64,000 bases of DNA from Nemertoderma westbladi. Its lineage: Eukaryota > Animalia > Xenacoelomorpha. Below, piece by piece: positions 1 through 10,934 of the stretch (the stretch's first letter is position 1; the number at the start of each line of letters is the position of its first letter). A program made the position numbers and the translations under genes. Location: the NCBI GenBank assembly GCA_032718475.1, contig JAUCBJ010002739.1, forward strand, positions 1 to 64,000. The letters are read 5' to 3'. Below the pieces are notes generated by a model. It had not been told where the DNA came from. It saw only the letters and a program-made list of their open reading frames with translations, and ran no database searches.

Positions 1-1
1 A

Positions 2-1579
2 AGATGTTTTTCTACGCCTACTTAGATGAGATCTATTTCCTCCGCCTTCAGGATCGGTGGTCTCGCCTTCCTCCGAGGATGTGTATCCCTGGCGCTTGGG
101 AGTAGATTTTCTCATCATCTGCATTTGATTAGCAGTAAACTGTTTATTTATACTGTCTTGTGTCTCTTGCAGATTTTCCAACTCCAGTTGGGTAGTCTGC
201 TCAGAGGCTCTCCGTTCTGCTTCGGCCACTGCCCTTTCCGCCTTTGCTTCTGCCGCCGCTGCCTTTCTTTTTGCTTCTGCTTCTGCCGCTGCTGCCCTTC
301 CTTTTGCTTCTGCTTCTGCCGCTGCTGCCCTTGCTGCTATTCTTTCTGCTTCTACTTCTGCCGCCGCTGCCTTTCTTTCTGCTTCTGCTTCTGCCGTAGC
401 CGCCGCCTTTTGTTCCTCTATCCTTCTTTTCTTTATTTGTTCTTCTCGGACTCTAGTGAGGCGGAGTTTTTCATCACATTCAGCTTGGTTTGCAGCTAAC
501 ATTTCGGCATCGATTGAGTCCAACACAAGCTTGGTTCCTTCACTATTAGGGGAAAGTCCAGACAGCCGTCTCCTCAACTCTTCGTCTCCTAGGAATCGCT
601 GATAGTCGGACAAATAAATGTCGATAGCGTCTCTAGTTCGCGGTTTCTCGGCGGCCTCTTCGCTTTCCGCTTGAGAAAGGGTGACATCAGTTGGTTCTTC
701 ATAGGTTGATCTCTCAGCCAGCTGGGATTTCCACTGGGCCGTTTCCTGGACTTTGAGATCTACCCGATGTAACCAAGTTTTGACAGCAACCTGCAGCGAC
801 GTGTCTTGTCTTCTTTTGGAAGTTTCCTCAAAGGCTGAGAGGATTAGTCGTATGCGTAGGGTTCTTTCGCGTATTTGATATAGCAGCTCTTCCTGCTCTT
901 GAGGTCCGTGAGGTTGTCGAAACAGTTGTTCTTCCAATCGATCCAAGGATCCGAAGAATCCCTGCACATATCCTGCTGCCGACCTCTTCCAAACAGCTGG
1001 ATCCATTGTATCTTTAGCCACTCCCATCCTGTGTATATCTTCCCAAGTAGCCTCGGACATATCCAACGGAAGTCCGAGTCCGGGAAAGTTCCATTGTGAT
1101 TCAACAATAGATATCAATTCTTCTCTGGCGTATCCCGCGTAATTATCTTGGGTCGCTCGCTTATTCTTCGCCCAGTCGGCTTGATGTTCCTCCACCGCAA
1201 TGAATATAGTAGTTAGCACTGCAGCAGGAAGAGTAAGAAGGGGGTCCGAGTAGACTGTATCAGCCATCTGCACTCCATGTTCGGGAGTCAACTCTACAGT
1301 ATCCGAACTGCTGGAGCTATCGGGTCGCTGGGAAGTAGGTTCTTGACCAAGATGTTGCTGCGATAGGACAACTGCCTCTTGGTCCCGTTTTACCTGTGCC
1401 CGAGTGCCTATGATGGACCTATGTTGGACTAGCCTAGGGTCTGATACTACTGGAGGGATGACCTTTTTTACAGTAGGAGGTGAGCCGAACTCCTTTCTTA
1501 TTCGCTCCACACTCCTATCTGAATCACAGATAGTTGTATCGATCAGACTGTCTGACAGGTTTTGCTGAGTGTCAGACAT
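2..1579 (-). CDS. N-terminal part of BEL/Pao Gag(-Pol) polyprotein, open to window edge (absent from ORF track)
   Basis: Manual translation from ATG 1579: MSDTQQNLSDSLIDTTICDSDRS...DPRLVQHRSIIGTRAQVKRDQE...DAIDIYLSDYQRFLGD...RRRKTS; no stop seen in 526 codons. Homologous to ORFs 5055-8657 and 19103-21084. Confidence 0.9.
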   Translation of the reverse strand, partial: MSDTQQNLSDSLIDTTICDSDRSVERIRKEFGSPPTVKKVIPPVVSDPRLVQHRSIIGTRAQVKRDQEAVVLSQQHLGQEPTSQRPDSSSSSDTVELTPEHGVQMADTVYSDPLLTLPAAVLTTIFIAVEEHQADWAKNKRATQDNYAGYAREELISIVESQWNFPGLGLPLDMSEATWEDIHRMGVAKDTMDPAVWKRSAAGYVQGFFGSLDRLEEQLFRQPHGPQEQEELLYQIRERTLRIRLILSAFEETSKRRQDTSLQVAVKTWLHRVDLKVQETAQWKSQLAERSTYEEPTDVTLSQAESEEAAEKPRTRDAIDIYLSDYQRFLGDEELRRRLSGLSPNSEGTKLVLDSIDAEMLAANQAECDEKLRLTRVREEQIKKRRIEEQKAAATAEAEAERKAAAAEVEAERIAARAAAAEAEAKGRAAAAEAEAKRKAAAAEAKAERAVAEAERRASEQTTQLELENLQETQDSINKQFTANQMQMMRKSTPKRQGYTSSEEGETTDPEGGGNRSHLSRRRKTS

Positions 1580-3748
1580 GTTTAGTTATACAGTTGAATG
1601 TCTACTACTATAGTTTCAGTTAAAGCAAGTCTAGTAATTCAGTATGACCGCAAGCCTAGCGATTTATTACCGGTACCGTTACTCAGTGTAACGTGATATA
1701 TATACAATATATTAGAATACCGGTATGCTTATAATATATATATAAGTATTATTACAGACTAGATTTGTCACAGAGTACCGGTATATAATTTTAGCACAAC
1801 TATATATAAATATATAATAGGCCTATCGTGAATACCGGTATGCAGCTTACACTTATAGTATATAAGTATAATTATGAACTAGAATTAATTACAGAGTACC
1901 GGTATGATTTCAGCTCAAATTTATAGAAATAAATATAATAAGCCTATGGTAAGTACCGGTATGTCAATTATTTTTAGAATAATGGAATTCCTGAATATTT
2001 TAGGGTTACTTAGTTACTTTAACTTACTTTATTACCGTTATTTAAGCAGTAGTCCAACTGATAGTGAGACCTAGTTGTTGTATGGCAGGCCTACTATTTA
2101 TAAATCGTTTGATTTGATTTATAATATTTATATACCCGTTTAAATGGGTTTTGTCAAGATTTGAAATAAATGTTATTATTTCTGGGGGAGTCACTACACA
2201 GAAGCTGAACGCCTCTCAGTGAAGTGCTATTTATTTGACACTAAAACTGATAATTCTAATTTACCTAAGTTACTTAATACTACAAATTACTTACGATACG
2301 GGTGAGATTAATTCTCTAATTAAACACAACAAAATATTACGTACAAAATTTTTAGGGTAATTTTACAGGGAACTACAAACCAGCCTAACAAAGGGTTAGA
2401 TTTCTGGTTATTACAACGGACAGGGTACTACGGTATTTGAAATAATAAGTAGTAGTAAATATATTGTACTGTCCAGATAGGAAAATACCACCGCCTGACG
2501 ACCTATAACCGTATCGCTATAGGTACTACGTTATGTATCACGGATTGTTCCTACCCAGAAGCTAATAGAGCTAACGAATGTGCCTATCAACCACTTTACA
2601 ACACAAATATACTGCCTACACTAATTACTTCGGAAAGCACTGTACACTAAACCCTAAATTAGGTACAAGTACCGGTATAACAAATAATCAGTAGTTAAAT
2701 ATACTTGAACAGTTAAAAGAACCACGGCATCTGCTGGAGTGACCGAAGCACAAAATCTCCAGTCTTTACCTACGCCGAGCAGCCCTGATGTAGTACCGGA
2801 GTTAATTTAACTATAACGGTATGTATAACAAGCACAATTACTGTAGGAATAAACTTGGGGACATGAATGTTGCGAATAATCGCATAAACTCTGAATAATA
2901 AATATTACGCTACCCGTACAGAATACTCAAACAAAATACAAACTAAACGCTGGCAGACTACTATCAAGCCTAAACAAACTACAGTATGTGCAGATTCTGA
3001 AACTGTTAGTTAGTATGCGTTCTAGCACGAGTACGACTTATTCTTTAAGAGGGGATTGACCTTACCGCTTATGGCTGCCCCAACTTACTAACGGCACTTT
3101 ATCAGACCAACTCTACACACGCAGCAATCCCTTCAGGCCTAAGAATAGCTAGACAACAATCTAGCCTACAAAATATCTGAGTAATAACTATTACGGTACC
3201 TGAACAGACCACACAAACAAACACAGGCTAAAACACTGGCAGACTACAATCAAGCCTAAATAAACTACAGTATATGCAGATTCTGAAACTGTTAGTTAGT
3301 ATGCGTTCTAACACGGTAGTACGACTTATTCTTTAAGAGGGGATTGACCTTACCGCATATGGCTGCCCCAACTTACTAACGGCACTTGATCAGACAAACT
3401 CTACACACGCCGTAATCTCTCCAAACTCAACACAGTCAGACAGCAGTTCAGCCTACAATTATTTGAACAATCTGAGCAGACTTACACGTCTTCAGCTCAA
3501 TATTAACTTACTAGGAAATAAAACCGACAGAAATAAGTAAGCTCCAAAAGAAACAAGGGGTGTACAGTCCCTAATCTCTTAAACAGCCTACCGGTATACA
3601 ATAATCAAAATCGAATAATACTAAATGTACTTGTACAGCAGTACCGGTACCGGTGATGACAGTTAGGCCTACTGACCTACAGAAGTACCGGTTCAGTTTT
3701 ACCAGTCACTACGGTATTTTGCAACCTTATTGCCTACTGCAATAAGAT

Positions 3749-3761
3749 TATAAACTGTTAC
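3749..3761 (-). promoter_or_regulatory. Primer-binding-site position of copy A (GTAACAGTTTATA), non-tRNA type
   Basis: Directly follows the LTR end CA, lacks TGG, and is the exact reverse complement of element-sense TATAAACTGTTAC at 4510-4498 in the same LTR. Confidence 0.75.
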
Positions 3762-4954
3762 TGTTCGCGCTTTTGAAGACCTTTAGCAGTTTAACCTGCC
3801 AAAATTTATATGTCTTTTAGTTAATTAAAACACCTTTAGCATACGACAATATTTTATGCTAATACGCAAAACATTAGCCGAAGTCAGCCCATGCGCGATC
3901 ATTCACCCGATGGATCTACACCCGGGAGGCTGAATTCGGATGCTTAAATTTTATTATTGCAGTGTAAGGTTGCAGTGTAAACCTACTGTATTATTCGATA
4001 GATCGTTAATAATTAATTTCTGACAGATATTATTGGCTTTCGGGAAATATTAACAGTTCCTTTAGGACGTGGCGCTCTATCTATTTAAACAGAACTAAGA
4101 CTTATACTAAAACGCAACGATACCGCTTATGATTAAAGTATAAAGCGTATTCTTTAGGAAATACTTTGTTACCAATCACAATCATGCACACTATTCTGCC
4201 GACCGTCAGTATATTTGATCACACATAAAGAGAGTAGCAATTGACTCATGTAGGGTCTGCTAAATAACATTAGATTCAATACACACCACATTAATATAAA
4301 TCGCAATTGTTATGTATAGCCTGTCTCTCTAACCTGTAGTGTATCAAGAAAATTGGGAAATTTGGGTGATTTATCCGTATTATCCAAAGAGCAATATTTC
4401 CATTAATAACTGACGGTAAATAACAGTACAAACAATATGATTAATAGTGAGTTAAGATTGATTAGTTAAGTTAAGATTCGGTTGGTTCGTTAGTTAGGTA
4501 ACAGTTTATACTTTCGATAATTTAAGCAGTTTTACTAGAGTTCTTCCCAAAAAGCCGGTGTTATGGCGAAAATGGGAACACAACAACAGAATCATATAAA
4601 ATCATATGACTACTACCACTATACGAGTATACCAAAAACTCTTATTCCCCGAAGCTCCCGTCCAACACAGAGGATGAGCAGTGAGATAGGAAATTCAGTT
4701 CAGTAGCGCTGGGATAGGTCGAAATCAACGCCCACTCAAATTCTATTGGCCGATACGGACAGCAAGGCTAAGGCAACCTCTCTAAGCTAGTTGGCCGATT
4801 AAACTGAGCCCAGATATCTCCGTACAGCACATCAGCCAATAAGCTGGTAGCTTGCACTATTTTAGTTATAAATCCCTTTGAGAGTATTCTAGCGACCGGG
4901 GGGGAACTGGCCAGCAAAGGCAAACGTATCAGTTATCCCACAAAAGCTTTTACA
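3762..4954 (-). repeat. 5' LTR of copy A (1193 bp)
   Basis: TG...CA termini match the TSD-bounded solo LTR at 54934-56030. CCAAT-like motifs in the 5' part. Confidence 0.9.
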
Positions 4955-5054
4955 GGTCCGTCGCTCCCTGCAGGAGAGGTGAGAGTCCCTGCGAGACGTC
5001 TGATGTTCCAGAGCTCCAATCGCTCTCTCTGATCTTCATGAAGGATCCACTCCT

Positions 5055-8000
5055 TCATGGTCCTTTAGGGATGTTAAGTTGTTGGGCATGATCATCTTCG
5101 TCCCAATTATAAGGTTCCACTTGGGTGGTAGCGAAGTTCTTTATTGCCACCATTTTTACTGACCTTATACTGTATTCTCCTAGTTTATCCTGTGGAGTGG
5201 ACAACTCACCTATATAATAGTCGGCAGCTACAGTTGAATTCCAAACCTGCATGATCCCTGACATGTTTAGCTTGGTTCGGAACTTGGGTTGTCCAGCAAA
5301 GATGACTTCGGCTAGTTCTTTATCGATGAATGTTCCTGTGCTACCGGAGTCCAGGAGGGCGTTCACTATATAGCTCTTCTGAGGTCCGTGGACCCGTAAC
5401 TGGACTACAGGAAATTCTCGGATTCCTATATTGGAAGTTGGCGCTTTCCAAGATGGTTGTTGATCGGAAGTAGTTAAGGTAAGGTCGCTGTCTGTGTCTT
5501 TCTCATGCACGAGTGCTCGATACACTGCGGTGGTGTTTATTAGGTAACAGGTTTCGTTTTGGTCGGAGAATTCGTCCGTATAGAATCCTTCCATTTCAGA
5601 ACTTTGGTCGGAGAATTCGTCCGTATAGAATCCTTCCATCTCAGAACTTTGGTCAGTGTCGTTCACATCACTGAATTGGACATGTAGTTCGGACTCACTT
5701 ACCTGACTCGAGCTGTTTCGTTCGAATTCCGTGTGCAACAAGATATGATGTTTTGCGCCGCACTTTGCACACCTTGCGTCGGAGTAACAGGTTCGCCGTT
5801 GGTGTCCTCGTCTGAGGCAATTATAACACAACCGCTTATCCCACATGACTTCACGTCTATCCTTTAGTGATTTCCTCAGGAATTTATCACACGCATTTAA
5901 ACGGTGGGGCCCGTCGCACAGCACACATTTCGGCTTGATGTTACTTACTTTAACCTGTGCTATGTGGTGCACACTTGTTCTTTCCTCGGGCTTTCTCACC
6001 TGAATTCTTTTAGGAGACGTAGGAAGGGTTTTATGTACCGGTTCCCTTCTGTCATTGGGTCGAGACTCGGATTTACTTACCTGATCTTTAGGCATTTTAT
6101 TGACATAATAAGATCTGTCAGTGTCTTTCCCGCTGTCCTCTCCTTGAGAAGTTTGGCTTTCACCGTCGTCGGTATAACATACTGGTGTTACCCTTCTCCT
6201 AGAAACGGGTTTCTCACTTACCTTGTTTTCCAATGTCTTCTCTCTGGACTGCCTTAGGAGCTGTAATTTCACTTCTCTATCTAAGAATGACATGAGATCA
6301 GTCATGGTAGGGTCTCGTCGTTGTTGTTCCATCATATATAACACCTTCTTATCCCAGCGTGTACCTACTCCACCCTTGGGCAAAGTAGATGCTAAGGCTC
6401 CTACAACCATAGAATTCTGGTATTCATGAGACTTACCTAACCAATCTAGTTGTCTACAGATCTCCTGAATCTCATCGGAAAACTCTATAATCCCGCTGCT
6501 AAGAAACTTTCGGGGCGCCATTAATTTCGCATATAAATACCTAGCTATGTTAGTCCTATTACCATACCTGATGTTTAGTGTATCCCAAACTTGTCTTAAT
6601 CCATCTGGATGTCCAATAAATTTTAACGCCATTGACTTGGGAGGTCCTTCCAAACATTCGATGAGGAATCTAAGTTTCTCTCCGTTAGATAGTACAGAGT
6701 TCTGTATGTTATCTTTGTAATATTCATTAAAAGGTAACCATTTCATCTCATCTCCATTGAACTTGACGATCTCTCCAACCTTTACCGCTTGTCGGGCTTC
6801 GGTTCTAGCCATTTGGCGTGTAAAACTTTCTTGAGCCATCGCATTATTGAATAGAGAATTATCGGTATATAAGTTTCTCGGATTATTATCAAGTCTAGAT
6901 GAGATATCATTATCAACAGGTTTATAATTACCCTTAATAGGGTTCACTATAGGAGTTTCTATTTCGCTAGCAGTATAGATGCGTGTAGGCTCCACACCTT
7001 GAGCATGGGATACTTCAGACCTAACGGGTTGACACATTGTTACAGGGGGTGGTGGTATACCCTTTTGTAAATTGACTAATTTATCGCGTTCTAGCGCGAT
7101 ACTTTGCTGCACTTCTTGCAACTCTAGCCTACTTTCCCTTACTGTGCCCTTGAATTGCTGGACAGTCTCCTGCATCTGCCCGAGCAGGAGATCCATCCCC
7201 CGCCGTCTCTCATCCACCCATTCGACCGCCGAAGCGGGAGTCGCCAACGTTGTAGCGGGCGGACGAGGGACAATGGGCGACAAATTATGAATATTTCGCT
7301 CGGGGTCCAGGACATGAACTGTCTCCTGGGCAGTTCTACGGGGCACAGGTAGCTTAGTGCTATGCAGAGGGAATTTAGAGGTAATCTCAGGGAGCACAGG
7401 TGTGTCTATCACCGAAGGGGTGATTTCAAGAACAGGCCTAATTATTTCAGGCTCATCTACTATCGTAGGGAGTCTTTCTATTTTAATTGTTTGGTCTGTG
7501 GGCTCTGTACTACCTAAGTTGGTGTTATTTAGTTGCCTTCTAACAGCTGGAGGCAAATCAGGCAATTTCTGACGGTGGAATGTTCTTTTACGTCTGCTTA
7601 GACGAGATCTATTTCCTTTGCCTTCAGTATCGGTGGTATCGCCTTCCTCAGATGATGTATATCCATGTCGTTTGGGAGTAGATCGATTCATCATCTGCAT
7701 ATTACTAGCTGTTAACTGTTTATTTATGCAGTCTTGATTCTCCTGAATGTTTTCCAATTCTAATTGGGTGGTTTCTTCAGTCGCTCTCCGTTCGGCTTCT
7801 GCCACTGCCTCTGCGGCCTTTCTCTCAGCCTCGGCCGCCTTTGCTTCTGCCGCTGCCGCTGCCGCTGCCGCTGCCGCTTTTGCTTCTGCCGCTGCCGCTT
7901 TTGCCTCTGCCGCTGCCGCTGCCGCTTTTGCCTCTGCCGCTGCCGCTTTTCTTTCTGCTTCTGCAGCTACCACTGCTGCTTTCTTTCTGTCTTCTATACG

Positions 8001-8657
8001 TTTTTTCTTTACTTGTTCTTCTTGGGCTCGTGTGATGCGGAGTTGTTCATCAAATTTAGCCTGATTCGCAGCCCTCATTTCCACATCGATGGCATCCAAC
8101 ACAAGCTTGGTTCCTTCACTATTAGGGCTAAGTCCCTCTAACCTTCTCCTCAACTCGTCATCACCTAAAAAACGTTGATAGTCTGACAGATAGATGTCAA
8201 TGGCATCCCTCTTATGCGGTTTCTCTGCTGTCACTTCGCTTTCTTCTTGAGAAGAAGTGGCGTCGGTTGATTCTTCATAGGTTGGCCGCTCATCATAAAC
8301 CTTATCCGCCATCTTCGCTCCGCGTTCGGGCGTCCGCTCAACAGTATCCGAACTACTGGAGCTATCGGGCCGTTGAGAAGTAAGTTCTTGGCTCGCGGGT
8401 TGTTGAGGTTCCGCTGCTTCTTGGTCCCGCTTGACCTGAGCTCGAGTGCCTATGATAGACCTACGATGTTGGACTAGCCTAGGGTCTGAGATTACTACAG
8501 TAGGGATGGCCTTTCTTACAGCAGGAGGTGACTTCGACTTGGATCTAGGATGTTCTATACTTTGATCTTGGTCACAGATCTTTTTAAGGCACTGTCTAAC
8601 AGTCATTCTAACACTATCTAGGAGACTATCTGACAGTGTTTGTTGTGAGTCAGACAT
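5055..8657 (-). CDS. BEL/Pao Gag-aspartic protease, 1200 aa, no RT/RNase H/integrase
   Basis: Capsid-like region (KFNGDEMKWLPF...EKLRFLIECLEG), three BEL-type Cys/His knuckles (CVLCDGPH, CYNCLRRGHQRRTC, CAKCGAKHH), protease motif ALLDSGS. Confidence 0.92.
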   Translation of the reverse strand: MSDSQQTLSDSLLDSVRMTVRQCLKKICDQDQSIEHPRSKSKSPPAVRKAIPTVVISDPRLVQHRRSIIGTRAQVKRDQEAAEPQQPASQELTSQRPDSSSSSDTVERTPERGAKMADKVYDERPTYEESTDATSSQEESEVTAEKPHKRDAIDIYLSDYQRFLGDDELRRRLEGLSPNSEGTKLVLDAIDVEMRAANQAKFDEQLRITRAQEEQVKKKRIEDRKKAAVVAAEAERKAAAAEAKAAAAAAEAKAAAAEAKAAAAAAAAAAEAKAAEAERKAAEAVAEAERRATEETTQLELENIQENQDCINKQLTASNMQMMNRSTPKRHGYTSSEEGDTTDTEGKGNRSRLSRRKRTFHRQKLPDLPPAVRRQLNNTNLGSTEPTDQTIKIERLPTIVDEPEIIRPVLEITPSVIDTPVLPEITSKFPLHSTKLPVPRRTAQETVHVLDPERNIHNLSPIVPRPPATTLATPASAVEWVDERRRGMDLLLGQMQETVQQFKGTVRESRLELQEVQQSIALERDKLVNLQKGIPPPPVTMCQPVRSEVSHAQGVEPTRIYTASEIETPIVNPIKGNYKPVDNDISSRLDNNPRNLYTDNSLFNNAMAQESFTRQMARTEARQAVKVGEIVKFNGDEMKWLPFNEYYKDNIQNSVLSNGEKLRFLIECLEGPPKSMALKFIGHPDGLRQVWDTLNIRYGNRTNIARYLYAKLMAPRKFLSSGIIEFSDEIQEICRQLDWLGKSHEYQNSMVVGALASTLPKGGVGTRWDKKVLYMMEQQRRDPTMTDLMSFLDREVKLQLLRQSREKTLENKVSEKPVSRRRVTPVCYTDDGESQTSQGEDSGKDTDRSYYVNKMPKDQVSKSESRPNDRREPVHKTLPTSPKRIQVRKPEERTSVHHIAQVKVSNIKPKCVLCDGPHRLNACDKFLRKSLKDRREVMWDKRLCYNCLRRGHQRRTCYSDARCAKCGAKHHILLHTEFERNSSSQVSESELHVQFSDVNDTDQSSEMEGFYTDEFSDQSSEMEGFYTDEFSDQNETCYLINTTAVYRALVHEKDTDSDLTLTTSDQQPSWKAPTSNIGIREFPVVQLRVHGPQKSYIVNALLDSGSTGTFIDKELAEVIFAGQPKFRTKLNMSGIMQVWNSTVAADYYIGELSTPQDKLGEYSIRSVKMVAIKNFATTQVEPYNWDEDDHAQQLNIPKGP

Positions 8658-10922
8658 GTTTGATTGTACATTTGAATGCCTACTGCTATATTACAGCTAA
8701 AGCAAGTCTAGTAATTCAGTATCACTGTTAGCCTAGTAATTAATTACCGATACTGCTACTCAATGTAGCGTGATATATATAATATATTAGAATACCGGTA
8801 TGCTTATAGTATATATAACTATATAAGTATTATTACAGACTAGGTTTATCACAGAATACCGGTATAATTTTAGCACAAATATATATAAATATATAATAGG
8901 CCTATCGGGAATACCGGTATACAGCTTACAGTTTTAGTGTATATATATAAGTATAATTATTAACTAAAATTAATTACAGAATACCGGTATGATTTCAACC
9001 TAAAATTTATAGAAATAAATATAATAAGCCTATTGTAAATACCGGTATGTCAATTATTTTAGAATAATTGAATTTCTGAATTTTAAGGGTTACTTGGTTA
9101 CTTTACTTACTTTATTACCGTTATTTGAGCAGTAGTCCAACTGATATTGAGACCTAATTGTTATATGGCAGGCCTACTATTTATAAATCGTTTGAGTTGA
9201 TTTATAATATATATATATACCCGTTTAATGGGTTTTGTCAATGTTGAAATAAATGTTATTATTTCTGGGGAGTAATCACTACACAAAGCGGTGCGCTTTC
9301 AGTGAAGTGTTACTTATAGGACACTAAAACAAATAATTCTAATTTACCTAAGTTACTTAATACTACAAATTACGTACGATTCGGGTTGAGATTACAATCT
9401 CTAAATAAACACAAAAATTTTACAAAAACACAAAATACGAATTTTCAGGGTAATTTTACAAGAAGTCTACAAACCAGTCTAACAAAGGGTTAGAAATCTG
9501 GTTATTACAACGGACAGGGTACTGCGGTATTTGAAAATAATAAGTAGTAGTAAAATACACTGCGTTGTCCAGATAGGAAAATACCACCGCCTGACGACCT
9601 ATAGCCGTATCGCTATAGGTACTACGTTATGTATCACGGAGTGTCCCTACCTAGAAGTTAATAGAGCTAATCGAACGTGCCTATCAACCAGTTTACAACA
9701 CAAATATAATGCCTACACTAATTACTTTCGGAAAGCACTGTACACTAAACCCTAAATTAGGTACGAGTACTTGTACAACATATAATCAGTAGTTAAATAT
9801 ACTTGAACAGCTAAAAGAACCACGGCATCTGCTGGAGTGACCGATGCACAAAATCACCAGTCTTTACCTACGCCAAGCAGCCCGTGTAGTACCGGGGTTA
9901 ATTTAACTATAGCGGTATGTATAACAAACACAATTACTGTAGGAACAAACTTGGGGAATGAATGTTGCGAATAATCGCATAAACTCTGAATAATAAATAT
10001 TACGCTACGCGTACAAACCACTCAAACAAAATGCAGACCAAATACTGACAGACTACTATCAAGCCTAAATAAACTACAGGACATGCAGACTCCGAAATGA
10101 TTAGGTAGTATGCGTTCTAACCCAGTAGTACGACTTATTCTTTAGTTGGGGGTTTACCTTACAGCATTCGCTGCCCCTACTTCCTAACCGTTCTTTATCG
10201 GACAAGTGATCTACACACGCTGCAATCCGTTCAGACCTAATAACAGCCAGACAACTATCCAGCCTACAAATTATCTAAATAAATATTATACGCTACCTGT
10301 ACAGACTTGCACAAACAAAGTACAGACTAAACGATGGCAGACTACTCTCAAGCCTAAATAAACTACAGGACATGCAGACTCCGAAATGATTAGGTAGTAT
10401 GCGTTCTAACCCAGTAGTACGACTTATTCTTTAGTTGGGGGTTTACCTTACAGTATTTGCTGCCCCTACTTCCTAACCGTTCTTTATCGGACAGGTGATC
10501 TACACACACTGCAATCCGTTCAGACCTAACAGCAATCAGACAACAGCTCAGCCTACAAATTGTCTGTACAATCTGATCAGGCTTACACGCCTTCTGTTCA
10601 ATACTGGCCTACAAACAAATAAAACCGACAGAAACAAGTAAAATCTCAATAAAAAACCAGGGCGGCCGTTCCCTGATTAAGTACTAAGACCTACCGGTAT
10701 ATAACTATCAAATTCGAATAATACTAATGTACTTATACTGGAAGTACCGGTTAGGACAGTTGGGCCTACGGACCTACAGAAGTACCGGTTCTGGCAGTTG
10801 GACCTACGGACCTACAGCAGTACCGGTTCTGGCAGTTGGGCCTACTGACCTACAGAAGTACCGGTTCAGGTTTACCGGTCAACCGGTACTTTCAACTTTA
10901 TTGCTTACTGCAATAAAGAAGC

Positions 10923-10934
10923 TATATCCGTTAT
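10923..10934 (-). promoter_or_regulatory. Primer-binding-site position of copy B (ATAACGGATATA), non-tRNA type
   Basis: Directly after the LTR end CA; exact reverse complement of element-sense TATATCCGTTAT at 11675-11664 in the same LTR. Confidence 0.75.

Larger units (their letters stand above)
1..4954 (-). mobile_element. BEL/Pao LTR retrotransposon copy A: 5' LTR, ~2.2 kb leader and start of gag; continues off the left edge
   Basis: Starts TGTAAAAGCTTTTG at 4954 (minus). Leader and gag are colinear with copies B and C; C carries BEL-type gag/protease/RT/RNase H. Confidence 0.93.

Noticed and set aside
26-499. Cys/Phe-rich plus-strand ORF (also 7747-8141)
   Set aside because: Antisense shadow of the Ala/Glu/Lys repeat in gag.
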